Origin: Eledone cirrhosa
Taxonomy: Eukaryota
Direction of reading: 5' to 3'
DNA: 64,000 nucleotides
NCBI GenBank assembly: GCA_964016885.1
Contig: OZ024753.1
Location: 20,088,001-20,152,000, forward strand
A model generated the notes under the pieces. The model was not told the DNA's origin. It searched no databases and saw nothing but the letters and a program-made list of their open reading frames with translations. Made by a program: the position numbers and the translations under genes. Shown piece by piece: positions 26,039 to 39,603 of the stretch (within the stretch, counting starts at the first letter, position 1; each line of letters opens with the position of its first letter).

Positions 26039-26444
26039 GAAATTTTAGTAAGTAAGTTAATTTTTATAATTTTCTTATTTTACGTCTTTCATATTATTGT
26101 TCTGCATCCCCATGCATTGAACCACAAAGTTACTAAGACAAAACCTATATATTTGCTGGCATAAGTATGCATCTGTATATATATGTTAGTAGATATACTA
26201 AGTCTTTATATATATATATATACACATATATATATATATATATATATACATATATATATACATATATATATACATATATATACAGCTGAAAATTGCAAAC
26301 TTGACTGTCACCACAGAAAATGAACCTAAAGATTGCGAAAGCATGAGAGTACATCTTCAAATAACACTTAACATATAATATTCATTATAATTTTTAAGGA
26401 TTACAAAGAATACGAGTAAATCAAAGTTGGAATTCCTTTTATTA

Positions 26445-26529
<85 letters not shown>

Positions 26530-26633
26530 AACGAGTAGCGTCCTACTCGTTCCTATTACCCACTCTACTACCCTAAGTACTGACTACTTTGGTGCGTTAT
26601 GGTCCACCTGGTTCCTTACCACATTTCCTTCGT

Positions 26634-26669
<36 letters not shown>

Positions 26670-26945
26670 TATGTATATAACGAAGGACTATATATATTAT
26701 ATATAGAGAGAATTGGAAACTGTGTGAAAACCTTGGTACAGTTAGATATATTGGAAAAAAGGAAAAGAATTATATGATTTATTGTTGGTATTCGAAACAA
26801 TAAAATTTTATAATTTTGCTATGTAGCTCTAAGAAAAACTTTCCACCCAAGTTAACAAAGGACTTATTAGATCTACATAGCAAATATATGAAATTAAATT
26901 ATTTAAAATACCAACTACAAGTAAATTCATTCTTTTACTTTTTTC

Positions 26946-27004
<59 letters not shown>

Positions 27005-27007
<3 letters not shown>

Positions 27008-27236
27008 AACCAGTAAGACACCGACGGCTGAGCTCAAGCCCTTTCGACGGCTAATTCTGGATTAAAAAAAAAAAATTAAAAATTTTTTTTTTTTTTTAGT
27101 CCAGAATTAGCCGTCGAAACGGCTTGAGCTCAGCCGTCGGGGTCTTACTGGTTCCTATTACCCACTCTACTACCCCAAGTATTGAGTACTTTGGTGCGTT
27201 ATGGTCCACCTGGTTCCTTACCACATTTCCTTCGTT
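27005..27236 (+). mobile_element. Family F1 fold-back copy
   Basis: Arms 27005-27075 and 27083-27157 with an A-tract/T-tract centre, plus tail. Confidence 0.75.
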
Positions 27237-27624
27237 ATATATATAGATATATATATATTGTACATATATATATATTGTACATATATATATATATATATAT
27301 GAAAAATATGGGGAGAAGAATACTGCATGGTTGCACATGGATTACATGTTATAAAATGAGTCCCTCATCAGTGATTTGCCAACGATCATTGGTATTTCAT
27401 CGCAATAAAAATCATATAACTCACGTTGTTGCGACAATAACTAAAATAAGTTATTAGGACAATTGAAACGCGTAAAGCGAGTGAGACAAGTAAACAACAC
27501 AGGGGAAAGCTAACCGAAGATAGAAAGAAACACAAGCAACATGGTTATTCTGTCAGCATAAGCTGTGTGAATATATGAGCGAGTAAGAAACAGACCTTTC
27601 GCTAGTGAATCCGATGTTAGAAAG

Positions 27625-27682
<58 letters not shown>

Positions 27683-27749
27683 TATATATATACAATACTG
27701 GTGTATATGAAATCATATACAATATGTTTATATACAATAAATATAAAGT

Positions 27750-27802
27750 CATTCCATGAGAGTATATTGGTCAGTCTATGAATATTTCAGCTGATCTTCG
27801 TA
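27750..27802 (-). mobile_element. Mariner-like terminal inverted repeat remnant
   Basis: Reverse complement resembles tacgagggtcggctgaaaa..ataggctgaccaa.atactctcatggaatg at 36850; third copy near 52080-52133. Confidence 0.55.
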
Positions 27803-28349
27803 TATTAAGTGCTATGTTATCCTCTAGATAATGGCGTATCATCTCACACCGTTCTACTTCACCATTACAATTTTTTCTTCTTTCTCACAAGATTATCAAG
27901 CGGAGGTAATTTTATATTTGCTATTTAAACCTTGACACAAAATGAGGTTTGTTCTTCAGTTGAAAAGAAAAGCAAGAAAGAGAAAATGTGAAAACTATTC
28001 AAGAGGAAATTGTACGAAGTAGTGGAAGCCATCTTGATTATTGAGTTTCTTTTTTCCCCAAGGATGGAAGACCGACTGGTGAATAATTAGAGATACAACA
28101 TAATATATTATATGTAATCTACCCTCCTGCAATTGAGTACTTCTGTCATACTTCAAAATCAACGATTATCCGCATAGATATATTTTCCCAGATATCACCC
28201 AACACACGCGCAAATGTATATATATATATATATATTTTAAAAAAATAGAGATGTGTCACACGAGTTGTGATATATTAGTGAAAAGGAAAAGAATATAGTG
28301 ACAAATTTTTCACTGCGAAAAATTTGTCAGCATTTTCTTTTCCTTTTTA

Positions 28350-28425
<76 letters not shown>

Positions 28426-28629
28426 TAGATAAATTATTCTATAACCGAGCATTATGTTAAATGTTCGGTAAACCGATACGTGCATATATATATATGTGTG
28501 CATGTATGTATATATATACATACTACTGTACGTCTGTATACATATATGTATGTATGTATACATACATACTTACATTTAAGTAACTGCTGTACTAAGAGTG
28601 AGAAATGAAATTTCGTTTCATTCTTTTCC

Positions 28630-28692
<63 letters not shown>

Positions 28693-29167
28693 AAAATCGG
28701 AATTCCGCAGTTCACTGTAATAATAATAATAATAATAATAGTATTATTAGCTCAAAGAAGAATAGAGAGTTTCCTTCCGAGCTCAAATGCAAGTATATAT
28801 TACACAAAGAGAAGTGTGTTACACAGTGAGATGTGTGTAAAGAATTATTACAAGTGATTTTACCGTTACTGTATAGGGAACAATATCTACAGGTTAGCAA
28901 TTAAATAGAAAAAAAAGCAGATCAGAATCAAATCTCTGGATTGGAGTTTTAAATCACAAACCTTATAACTATATTTTGCTGACACGAACCTAGCTTCGTT
29001 TCACCACTTATATGTGCAGTATCAGTCCACATGGATCATCAGTCAGCAAAATGCGAAAACTGAACACTACAGATCTAACCTCATGGATAGAGAGATTGCA
29101 AATAGACACGCTGGCCAGAGTGGGCGAAATCCCGTGTTATTCGAATCAAATAACGGCTCTCATGGAT

Positions 29168-29750
29168 CAGTAATTTGTTGACAGAAATGGAATAACACGG
29201 TTCATCAGCGTGTGTAAGGCTATACATTTCAGACAACATTAAGAGAATTTTAAAAGTGACTGTCCAGCTACACGTGGGAGAGAGAAGTGACAGCGTGTTT
29301 AAGGGCAGTGAACCAGTGGCCTCTGAGGTACGAGCTGCTAGAAAGGGCAGCCCAAAACCACTCAGAGAAATGTACTCAACCAAACACAGTATATTTCTTC
29401 TCCTTTGAGCACATTACTTACAGGAAATGGCGAGGGTCTATGGCTCCGTTAATTTATCGTGATATTTCGCTCCTTACAACAGTCTTTCCTAACTCTCTGT
29501 TTGGTTGAGCACACTTCTCTGCGTGGTTTTGGGCTGCCCTTGCTAGCAGCTCGTCCCTCAGAGGCCACTGGTTCACTGCCCTTAAACACGCTGTGACTTC
29601 TCTCTCCCACGTGTAGCTGGACAGTCACTTTTAAAATTCTCTTAGTATTGTCTGAAATGTATAGCCTTACACACGCTGATCAACCGAGGTTATTCCATTT
29701 CTGTCAACAAATTACTGGCGAAACATCTCTTTGGATTTGTATGTGTGTTA
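29168..29750. repeat. About 215-bp inverted repeat with a degenerate hammerhead at 29669-29748 (+)
   Basis: 29168-29383 versus 29500-29717. ACACACG-CUGAUCA (CUGAUGA in the other arm)..GAAA-CA..UG-UA-UGUGUGU. Confidence 0.7.
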
Positions 29751-29921
29751 TATAGATTTAGAGGTATTTATTTACGCTTTAATTTATATTTGTAATTATC
29801 GTGTCTATAGTCTGCCTTTCATAGGTTATAGATTCCCTACGCTGGTGGTTTTTTCCTTGTTTTATTGATAGCGCACTGTATATCTCTCTCTGGTGTGTTA
29901 CCTTTTCAACATATTGTATGT

Positions 29922-30007
<86 letters not shown>

Positions 30008-30012
<5 letters not shown>

Positions 30013-30700
30013 GGAATAGAATGAAACGAAATTTCGTTTCTCACTCTTAGTACGGCACTGAAACTAAACACTGTACGGCGTAATTCGGACTGTTTGTTTG
30101 TTTACAAACGGACAAAACGAGCATTATATTAAATGTTCGGTAAACCGATACGTGCATGTATATATGTGTGCATGTATGTATATATATACATACTACTGTA
30201 CATCTGTATACATATATGTATGTACGTATACACACACACATACTTACATTTAAGTAAGTGCCGTACTAAGAGTGAGAAATGAAATTTCGTTTCATTCCAT
30301 TCCATTTATCGTCTTCGGTGCGCCCAGCAGACTGAACTCACTCGATATGCAAATTAGGCTGCTCAGCCGTTAATATGCATCAGGAAAGTATATACTTTCA
30401 GACGTTCAACCATCTGGCAGGAAGTTATACGATGCTGACGATAGCTAATAAGCTCGAAACTAGTACATCGTTCCTGTGTCAGTGTTGAACGAAAAAAAAA
30501 AAAGGTGACGTGGTTGCCTAAACACTGTACGACGTAATTCGGGCTATTTGTTTGTTTACAAACGGACAAACCGAGCATTATAATAAATGTTCTGTAAACC
30601 GATACGTGCATATATATGTGTGCATGTATGTATATATATATACATACTACTGTGCGTCTGTATACATATATGTCTGTACGTATACACACATACATACTTA
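30008..30700 (+). mobile_element. ORF-less hammerhead element: short inverted arm plus partial tandem of a 455-bp unit
   Basis: taaacactgtacg recurs at about 30065 and 30519; 30008-30059 is inverted relative to 30258-30308; relatives at 28440-28635 and 47805-48355. Confidence 0.78.
30429..30471 (+). ncRNA. Minimal type I hammerhead motif
   Basis: ACGAUG-CUGACGA-U-AGC uaauaa GCU-C-GAAA-CUAG-UA-CAUCGU. Confidence 0.82.
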
Positions 30701-31290
30701 TATATATATATATAGTTGTAATGTATATAGACACACAACAGAGAGAGAGAGTGAGAGATATGTTGAAGGAAATGCGCCCATGCATTACTAAATTACCTCT
30801 ACGTTACGCGACTTTAAATGTACCTTCCGATTTCCAAGAAACCTAATGTGGATATTTATCGAATTGTATCTATCGATCAGGTCGAGATTTGTCTTTAACC
30901 TGTTTGTATATTTCGTTGCAGTAATATTGTGGCAACATTGGTTTCATTATTGTTTCACTATCTCATAACATCTTCTGTTCACTCTGACGAAACATTTATT
31001 AATTTTTCTCTCATAGAGTGCTTTGTGACAGACTCCGAGGATTCGGACGCGTATCTGCTACTTCGATTGTTCTCATTAATATTATGTATATATATATATA
31101 TATGTGAGGTGTGTGTGTGGGGGGGGGGGGGGGTTATGTACTTATATATGAATATATATTCACGCAGCAACATGTATTAAATCTTATATGTTCGGGTATA
31201 TATATATATTTTCACCGTATTTTTGACTAGAGGAATTTTAGCCTGATAATGGGGTTTAAAACCCTCAGATAAATGGAAAAAGATGAGTAT

Positions 31291-31361
31291 TGACGTACAT
31301 GGGATTCGAACCCACATCTTTGGTTATCGCAACCACTGTGCTACCATTACACCAACACATC
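31291..31361 (-). pseudogene. tRNA-like cloverleaf (pseudogene or SINE head)
   Basis: A box TGGTGTAATGG and B box GGTTCGAATCC; all four stems form with wobble pairs; G instead of U33. Confidence 0.7.
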
Positions 31362-31628
31362 ACCCATCTCTTTCCATTTAAATTAGAAGCTACATTCTTA
31401 GCGAGTTTAAATGGCAAGTAAGTATGTTTTGAAACAGTGAGCAGGTTTGAAATTAGAAAATAGAATAGCTTTCACCGTATTTTTTACTAAAGGAATTTTA
31501 GCCTGATAATGGGGTTTAGAACCCTCAGATAAATGGAAAAATTTCAAACCTGTTCACTGTTTCAAAACATACTTGCCATTTAATCTCGCTAAGAATGTAG
31601 CTTCTAATTTGAATGGAAATAAATGGCT

Positions 31629-31699
31629 GATGTGTTGGTGTAATGGTAGCACAGTGGTCGCGATAACCAAAGATGTGGGTTCGACTCCCATGTACATCA
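31629..31699 (+). pseudogene. tRNA-like cloverleaf, inverted copy
   Basis: Reverse complement of 31291-31361 within fold-back 31209-31822. Confidence 0.7.
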
Positions 31700-31844
31700 T
31701 TAATCATCTTTTTCCATTTATCTGAGGGTTCTAAACCCCATTATCAGGCTAAAATTCCTTTAGTCAAAAATACGGTGAAAACTTTTCTAATTTCAAACTT
31801 GCTCAGTTTCAAAACATACTTAATGATATATATATATATATAAA

Positions 31845-32389
31845 CTTTTGTATATGTATAATAAAGCCAAAACAATGCAGGTATGGACATAGAATAAAGA
31901 ATGCAAATGCAAAAGATATAGTTGACAATTAGTTTTTACCTTAGATTTATTTAAATGTCCTTAATTTTCGAGATAATATCTCTTCTTCGGAGAAGCGGTT
32001 AAACCAGTGTTCTAAATAGCTTGCAAGTCATGCTGACAGGAAATGGAATAGAGTATCTGTTCTATCTCTAATGTCAAAGAGTTAAGGTTATGTGGATAAA
32101 GAGTAGTCTCCCTTTAAAAGGGTTTTTTTTTTGTACATGCCTGTTTAAGTGTGTGGGAGAATGCGTGGTTGTGTAAGTATGTGTGTGTGTGTGTGTGAGT
32201 GTGAGAATATATGTCTATACGTAAATGTGGGGGATAGATGTTCTCTCATGTTAGAACTGGTCTTTGTATGTGTGTGTGAGTGAGAGAGAATAAGTGGAGG
32301 TGTAAGCGTGTGTGTGAGAGAGAATAAGTGGAGGTGTAAGCGTGTGTATGAGAGAGAATCAGTGGAGGTGTAAGCGTATGTGTGTGTGT

Positions 32390-32428
<39 letters not shown>

Positions 32429-35043
32429 TGTGTGCGTGTGTGTGTGTGTGTGTGTGCGCGTGTGTGGGAGGGAGTGTAAATACGGGGCTAGATGCTCTAT
32501 CAAGTTATAAATTGGGTGTTGAGTTCTAGTCTATTATTGATTGGTTGTGTGTTTTGTCTATAATTAGTGCTTCCTTAATTCTAAGATTGCCGAGGTTTCT
32601 TTCCTTAGTTTCTATCCTAACTGTTATGGTTTTGTCGGTGTTTTCGCATTTAACTAGGTGTTTCTTAAATGAGGAAGCGTTAGTATTGAGGTGTTCTTTT
32701 ATTCTTATGTGAAGTGGTCTGGTGGTGCTACCTACGTAGAAGTTGTTGCATTTGTCGCACTCTAGTCTGTATACGACGTAAGCCTGGTGGCATAGGTCTG
32801 TGTCGTTGATGGGGCAGTTGGCTAGCATGCAGCAGTTGTCATGTCTGTTCGAGTGGCTTTTGGTTAGCTGTCCGCGTAGCGAAGGACCTGAGTGGGCCAG
32901 TTGGATATCTAGTCCCTCTCGTTTGATATCTCTGCGGATGGCTGTTGTTGTTTCTTCACTGAAGTGTGGGAGATTCAGGAAGCAAGTGTTAGTGTCTCGG
33001 GTGTGGTGTCCTCTGTTCTTTCTGGCACGGTTTGTGGTGGATGTCCTGTATCCGTTCAGTTTGAGTACTTCCAGGAAATGTGTGGTGTGTGTGTCTCGGT
33101 CTCTAGCGTCGGTGCATTTTTTAGGATACGTGTAGTTCATTCCTTATGTATCCGAACTTAGCGCCGGCTGGGAGAGCCGATCTGAAATGTACGAACAGGT
33201 CCCTGCTGGCGGCTTTTTTATAGAAGCAGGTGTGGATGTTGCCTTCCTCTGTTACCCTGAGTTGGAAGTCCAGTAGGGATAGGGATCCGCGGTCATCGGG
33301 GTGTTCCATGCTGAACTTTATACTAGCGTCCATGCTGGAGAATGTTGTGTATATTTTATCCGCCTCCTCACGGGATGATGTAAGGATGAGTATGTCATCT
33401 ACATATCGGGTGAAGAAGGTATGGGAATGGCAAGTGTTGAGGGCTCGGCATTCTAGCTGGTTCATATAGGTGTTGGCCAGCAGGCCCGATAGGCTGGATC
33501 CCATGGGTAATCCTGTTGTCTGTCTGTATGTGTGGTGGTGGAAGGTGAAGTACGTGTTGTCCTATGAAAGACAAAAGCTGGTGTATGTCCGTCGGATGGC
33601 GGCCGTAGCAGTGGATGTCCTCTGCGACCACGCAGTCCGTCAATAAATCGACAGCTGGATGAGCGGGAACTGTAGTGTAGAGGGAGACAACGTCGAGGCT
33701 AAAGGCGTATCTATTTAGTTTAAGTTGTTCTGGCTGGAGTTGGTGTAGTCTACGTAATGACTTCGTCGGAGCTACTGACATGCCCTGGAAAGGTGGAGAG
33801 TAGAGGCTTGAGGACCTGGGAGAGGAGCCAGGAAATGTTGTATAGGGTTCCTTCTATACTAGAGACGATGGGTCTTATTTGTGTCTTAGTACTATTCTTG
33901 TGGGTCTTGATGAGGTGGTAGAAAGTGGGCAGTCTGCTATTTCTAGTGGTGTAGTTGAGCTTAACTTTATTTGGGAGTTGTCTTCTCCTACAGATGTCGA
34001 CCGAGATGGAGTTGGTCTGATTTTCGGTCTGGGCTGTAGTCATGTCCGGGATCTCTGTATATAGTATATTGTCGCTTAGGTGTTCAAAGGCTAGGTTGTT
34101 GTATGTGGCTTGAGAGATGACGCAAAACTCTTTACCTTTGTCGGATGGTAAGTATATAAGTTCCCTATTTCGTAGGTTCTTGAGGGCCAGTTGTTGTGTC
34201 CTGGAGAGGTTTGGGGCTATCTTCTTCTGTTTCCGTAAGATGTAAAATACGGAATGTTTCAGCCTCAAGAGTTTTTCATCAAGCTCGCGGTTGGCAGGCT
34301 TCCTCATTTAAGAAACACCTAGTTAAATGCAAAAACACCGACAAAACCATAACAGTTAGGATAGAAACTAAGGAAAGAAACCTCGGCAATCTTAGAATTA
34401 AGGAAGAACTAATTATAGACAAAACACAACCACCAATCAATAATACACTAGAACTCAACACCCAATTTATAACTTGATAGAGCATCTAGCCCCGTATGTA
34501 CACCCCCCCCCCCCCACCTCGTACACACACGCACACACACATTCACGCACACACACACACACACACACACGCTTACACCTCCACTTATTCTCTCTCACAC
34601 ACATACAAAGACCAGTTCTAACACGAGAGAACATCTATCCCCCACATTTACGTATATACATATCTTCTCACACTCACACACACATATACTTACATATTCA
34701 CGCATTCTCCCACACACTTAAACAGGCATGTACAAAAAAAAAACCTTTTAAAAGGAGACTACTCTTTATCCACCTAAACTTAACTCTTTGACATTAGAGA
34801 TAGAACAGATACTCTATACCATTTCCTGTCAGCATGACTTGGCAAGCTATTTAGAACACTGGTTTAACCGCTTTACTTCCCTCCAAAGTAAATAAATCTA
34901 AGGTAAAAGACTAATTGTCAACAATATCTTTTGCATTTGCATTCTTTATTCTATGTCCATACCTGCATTGTTTTGGCTTTATTATACATATACAAACGTT
35001 TATACCTCATTACACAATGCTTCAAGTGAACTATAACTTCCTC
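31845..35043 (-). mobile_element. Penelope-like element family A, 5'-truncated, with inverted pLTR
   Basis: Frameshifted ORF: YLPSDKG, KTHK..RPIVS, SLDVVSLYT, MGSSLS, RYVDD, VVYRLEC..YVGSTTR (GIY-YIG). 34298-35000 is the inverted copy of 31845-32678; (TA)n flanks. Confidence 0.93.
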
Positions 35044-35064
35044 CATATATATATATATGTATAT

Positions 35065-35590
35065 ATGTCAGGTCGCTCTCGAGTGCTACTGGTAACATGT
35101 AACCCAGTACCACCTGTCTCATGGTCGGGGCGTCGGTGACTAAACCGGCAACCCCACCAAGCTTGCTTGGTAAGGAGCGTGAGTTTTGGACACCCTGTGG
35201 GATGAAATACAAGACCCGTCAAAGGGCGGAGGAACTCAAAAGAGTCAACAGCTATCCAAATAGCACTTTTTCTTTTTTGTGTTCACCCGGGAGTGAAAGG
35301 CCCCCAGTTGTTGTCACAACACCTTTCTAAGAGAGGGAAACTGAAAATAAAACCTGCGGCTTCGGAAGCCTCCGATGACGTTGACCAGTTCTCCTTTTAG
35401 GGTAGTGTTTTCGATGCCCAGAGAGTGATATTGGTCGAGTGCAACGCCTTTCACCACTTAAAAAACCCTTCAAAGCAAAGGCATTGCTTGTTCAGGATAT
35501 GTTATAGGTTTGTGTGTCTGGCCATAGCCTAAAAGTGTGATTGCAATACTCGCTGACAAGCGATTGCAATACACTTTTGCAGCCATCATA
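35065..35590 (+). mobile_element. Family H related non-coding retroposon
   Basis: cccagtaccacctgtctcatggtcgg..gactaaaccggcaac matches 23285-23335; same 3' end. Confidence 0.65.
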
Positions 35591-36139
35591 TATTAAATTA
35601 TAAATACCCGAATACATAGGATTAAATATATGTTGCTGTGTGGTGTATATGCGGACATATGATAAACAAGAGTTATTTAAAATTTATTTTATGTTGTTGT
35701 GACATAACGTTTTGACAATTCTATTTCTATCCAATGTGAAAAAGATCTGCAAACCATACAGGAACTGAGAAACGTGTTACAACCAAAGATAATTTAATTT
35801 GCTAAGATTGCACAACCTTCATTATATTTATTCTCATTTTATTCTCATTCTATTCTCATTTTATTCTCATTTGCAGCTAACAAAGAAAGATACTTTTTTT
35901 TCGATTATAAGCTTTCATGTATTTGCTTATTATATAGTATGATTACATTTGGTGTATGGCATTATTACAAAGGCAGAAAAACAATTTAAAAAGAATAACA
36001 AAGCTGTTATAGAGCCAATGCAATGATATATGGCGGACTATCGTCATTATTACTATAGAGATCGGTAAGAGAAAAGTTGAATGTAATGTGATTAAAACTC
36101 TGAACATATGATACTAAACTTTCACAATGTTATTACTAA

Positions 36140-36803
36140 CTAGCAGTGGTACCCGGCGTTGCACGGGTTAATGTATTTTGGAACGCGGGCCGCCAACAGA
36201 CCTAATAGCGGTAAACCTGAATGCATGGACAATATGTAAAGAAGATAAACCGAATACTCTGATGGCTGGATAATCTTTAATATTTTCCTCGATGAAGCAG
36301 GAAAAATGCAGGTTTTCACCTAATGCAGGCCCTAGGGGATCAAGAAAATGAATTTTTTTTATGTGCATAACATGCCTTGAAATTTCGGGAAAATCGGCTA
36401 GACGAAACGCCTCAAAAAAGCCCTAAAAAGCTGAAAAAATGAAGTTTTTCACCTAATGCGGGCCCTAGGCCATAAACAAGTTGGATTTTCTTTGCTCGCG
36501 GTATGAAGAAGAGACTGACTAATACATAGTTACAATCTCAAGTAAATCGGTCTGACGTAACGCCTCAAAAAAGCCCTAAAATGCTGAATAAAAAAAGTTT
36601 TCCACCTAATGTGGGCCCTAGGGGATCAAAATGTTTCATTTTATGTAGCATAACACTCCCTGAAACATAAGTAGTACACATGTAAAGTTTGAAAAAAATC
36701 GGTTGGGTACTTCAAGAGTTTTAGGGATTAACACTCACAGACACACACACAGACACACACACACAGACACACAGACAGACATCCTCAGTTTTATATATAT
36801 AGA
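36140..36803 (-). mobile_element. Non-autonomous Helitron
   Basis: Minus strand starts TCTATATATATAAAA and ends ACCCGTGCAACGCCGGGT-ACCACTG-CTAG (hairpin plus CTAG); inserted between A and T; internal repeats of about 155 bp. Confidence 0.88.
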
Positions 36804-36849
36804 TGATTAAATATACTGGAGTTATCCCTAAATTATTACGCATATTTAT

Positions 36850-36925
36850 TACGAGGGTCGGCTGAAAAATGTATAAGTTGACCAATATACTCTCATGGAA
36901 TGAACAAATGAGGTTTATTTTTCAC
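36850..36925 (+). mobile_element. Mariner-like terminal inverted repeat remnant
   Basis: TA-CGAGGGTCGGCTGAAAA start typical of mariner ends; other copies at 27750 and 52080. Confidence 0.55.
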
Positions 36926-38257
36926 ACAGCTCTAGCTCTGTTTACAATATACCTCATAGTCACCTTATGAAGCTTTCAACGGACCCTCATACAATAGCTA
37001 GAGCGGGTAAAATCGCCGAGATGCTAACAAAAGTAGTGGGTAGTTTTATAAACCTAAACACCTATGAAGTTAACGGAAAAATAATGAAAGGAAATATAAA
37101 TGTAAGTTTGAAGCGACCATTAATGTCTCTGATGTTTACATATTGTTCACCGTTGAGTACTTCCTGGCTGAGTTATCACCAGTTATACACATCTGTAACC
37201 TAGAGCAGCCATATTGGGAATTAAGATATTATAGAGCAACAATAATGGTATCCACAATCTCAGTTGGTATAGATCACTTCAGTAGGAGTGATACTTTTTA
37301 CAGTATTACCGTCTTTATGACTCAATTTTGTCCTTGGTAGTCATTAAATGAAGGGTGTAATACGTAAGCTCTATTACACACCCAATTTTGCTACCACAAT
37401 ATATTCAAATTTTTTCAAATCTACTCTAGTGTTCATTATAATTACTCTTTTATATATTCCAGCCATCTGGCTGAAGCCATGCTGGGGCACCAACCTTATT
37501 ATGTACATCCTAGTTCGGATAAATACCCATTAGATACCATAACATCTTCAATAGACATTCAGTAAATGATAGATATTGTTATCTAGCTAACATAGATTGA
37601 CAAATATTCACTTATATTTCATCCTTCTCCCAATTTCCTCTTTCCAAACGCTTCTTTATTTTTTCTTTGATTGATTTCTCTCGATTTCTTTCTTTCGAAT
37701 ATTTCATATTCTTTATATTACAAACATTCTGTTTATAGTCACTTATAATAAGAATACTAGAAACTGCGGCTGCCAATATTATGACTGCTACTTCAATAGA
37801 ATATACCTGTAAAAGAAGTTGCTGAAAGTTATTTTCGAGTTCATTCTAGCTTCCATTATACCTGTATTTGTTTAGATTTCTCTACAATATTAATACATTG
37901 CAATTATTTACCCATCGCTTATATATGCACGATACTAACACAATGTTTTACTTTGTACATAAATATTTTTATATTTTAGCTTTCCTTAGCCCAACACAGC
38001 TACACCAAATTTTCACAAATAGGTTTTTGTTATCCAAATGTTTCTATGTTAATCTATTATTTATTATTATTAAAGTCCATTTTCCTAATCTTCTCAAGAA
38101 CATAAACTAGAAGCTACAATTTGTGAGGTTTCATCTACAAATAAAATATCTTTTACGTAACTCTGAATTCACTATTCCTGATTTTCTATAACTTACTCAC
38201 ACTTAAATGCTTGAACAGACACACAGAGACACACACGCACATGCTGTATGTGTGTGT

Positions 38258-38346
<89 letters not shown>

Positions 38347-39134
38347 CAAGCATTTAAGTGTAAGCAAGGTATTAAAAAAATCATTAATAGTGAATTTATA
38401 TATATATATAGGGAAGTTGGTGGTTCACCACTGAATAGAACTGGTGTGTTCCGTATAATTAACCATGGTACAGTAGTCGCAAAATCACTCAACGATGCGC
38501 ATCTCAGCCATCTTTGAGGTGCAATTCTGTTGGTGTCACGTGAACAGAGTTAAATATTCTTGAATAAGGTGACAGGGGGCGCAAATTTGAAATACCTTTA
38601 AAGTTTATATTTTTCGCAGACACTATATATATTTGAAAGACTAGAATTCCAGTGACATCATCAGGTGTATTACATAACAATCGTTAAGGAAACATGGTAA
38701 ACACAAGCTGGGTACGCGGAGATAAAATATAAAAATAATAAAATTAGAGTTAGATAAAAGATATTTTATTTGTAGATGAAAGTTCAGAAATTGTTGCTTC
38801 TAGTCGTTGAGATGATTAGGAAAATGGAGTTTAGGTACAATTGAGTGGACATAGGCCACCCCTAAGTCAAATATATCCACTTAAATATGTGTGGGTGTGT
38901 GTGTGTGTTAGCGTATATATATATATCATAATCATCATCATCATTTCATTTTACGTCCGCTTTTCCCTGCTTGCAAGGGTGGGATGGGAATTGATTCCGG
39001 CTTGATTTCTACAGCTGGATGCCCTTCCTAACCCCAACCTCATTTAAAGTGAGTGCTGGGTGCTTTTTTGGCGTGGCACCTACACGACCACTTTACAGTG
39101 GAATGATAGGGACCCCAGTCCCTATCATCTCATT

Positions 39135-39271
39135 TCTACAGGTGAGTAAACTGGAGCAATGTGAAATAAAGTGTCTTGATCAAGGAAACAACACATCACC
39201 CGGTCTGAGAATTGAACTCACAACCTTTCGATTGCAAAGCCAATGCTCTAACAACTAAGCCATGTGCCTCC
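39135..39271 (-). mobile_element. tRNA-derived SINE (second family)
   Basis: ggaggcacaTGGCTTAGTTG..GAGTTCAATTCT..tttccttgatcaagacactt..ttgctccagt. Confidence 0.7.
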
Positions 39272-39278
39272 ATAAAAA

Positions 39279-39323
<45 letters not shown>

Positions 39324-39341
39324 TATTATACTTATTCAAAC

Positions 39342-39603
<262 letters not shown>

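Larger units (their letters stand above)
24489..26200 (+). mobile_element. Retrozyme-like array: about 2.8 tandem 530-bp ORF-less units plus a 230-bp inverted arm
   Basis: tcactgattaacctc recurs at about 24722, 25253 and 25778; 24489-24721 is inverted; (TA)n flanks; another copy at 63431-63828. Confidence 0.88.

Noticed and set aside
31242-31275. Hammerhead at CTGATAA..GATA
   Set aside because: Core deviates at two positions and no stem I or III can be formed
31629-31699. Functional tRNA-Ser(CGA) gene
   Set aside because: No U33, short variable arm unlike Ser tRNAs, mismatch in the anticodon stem, and embedded in a repeat
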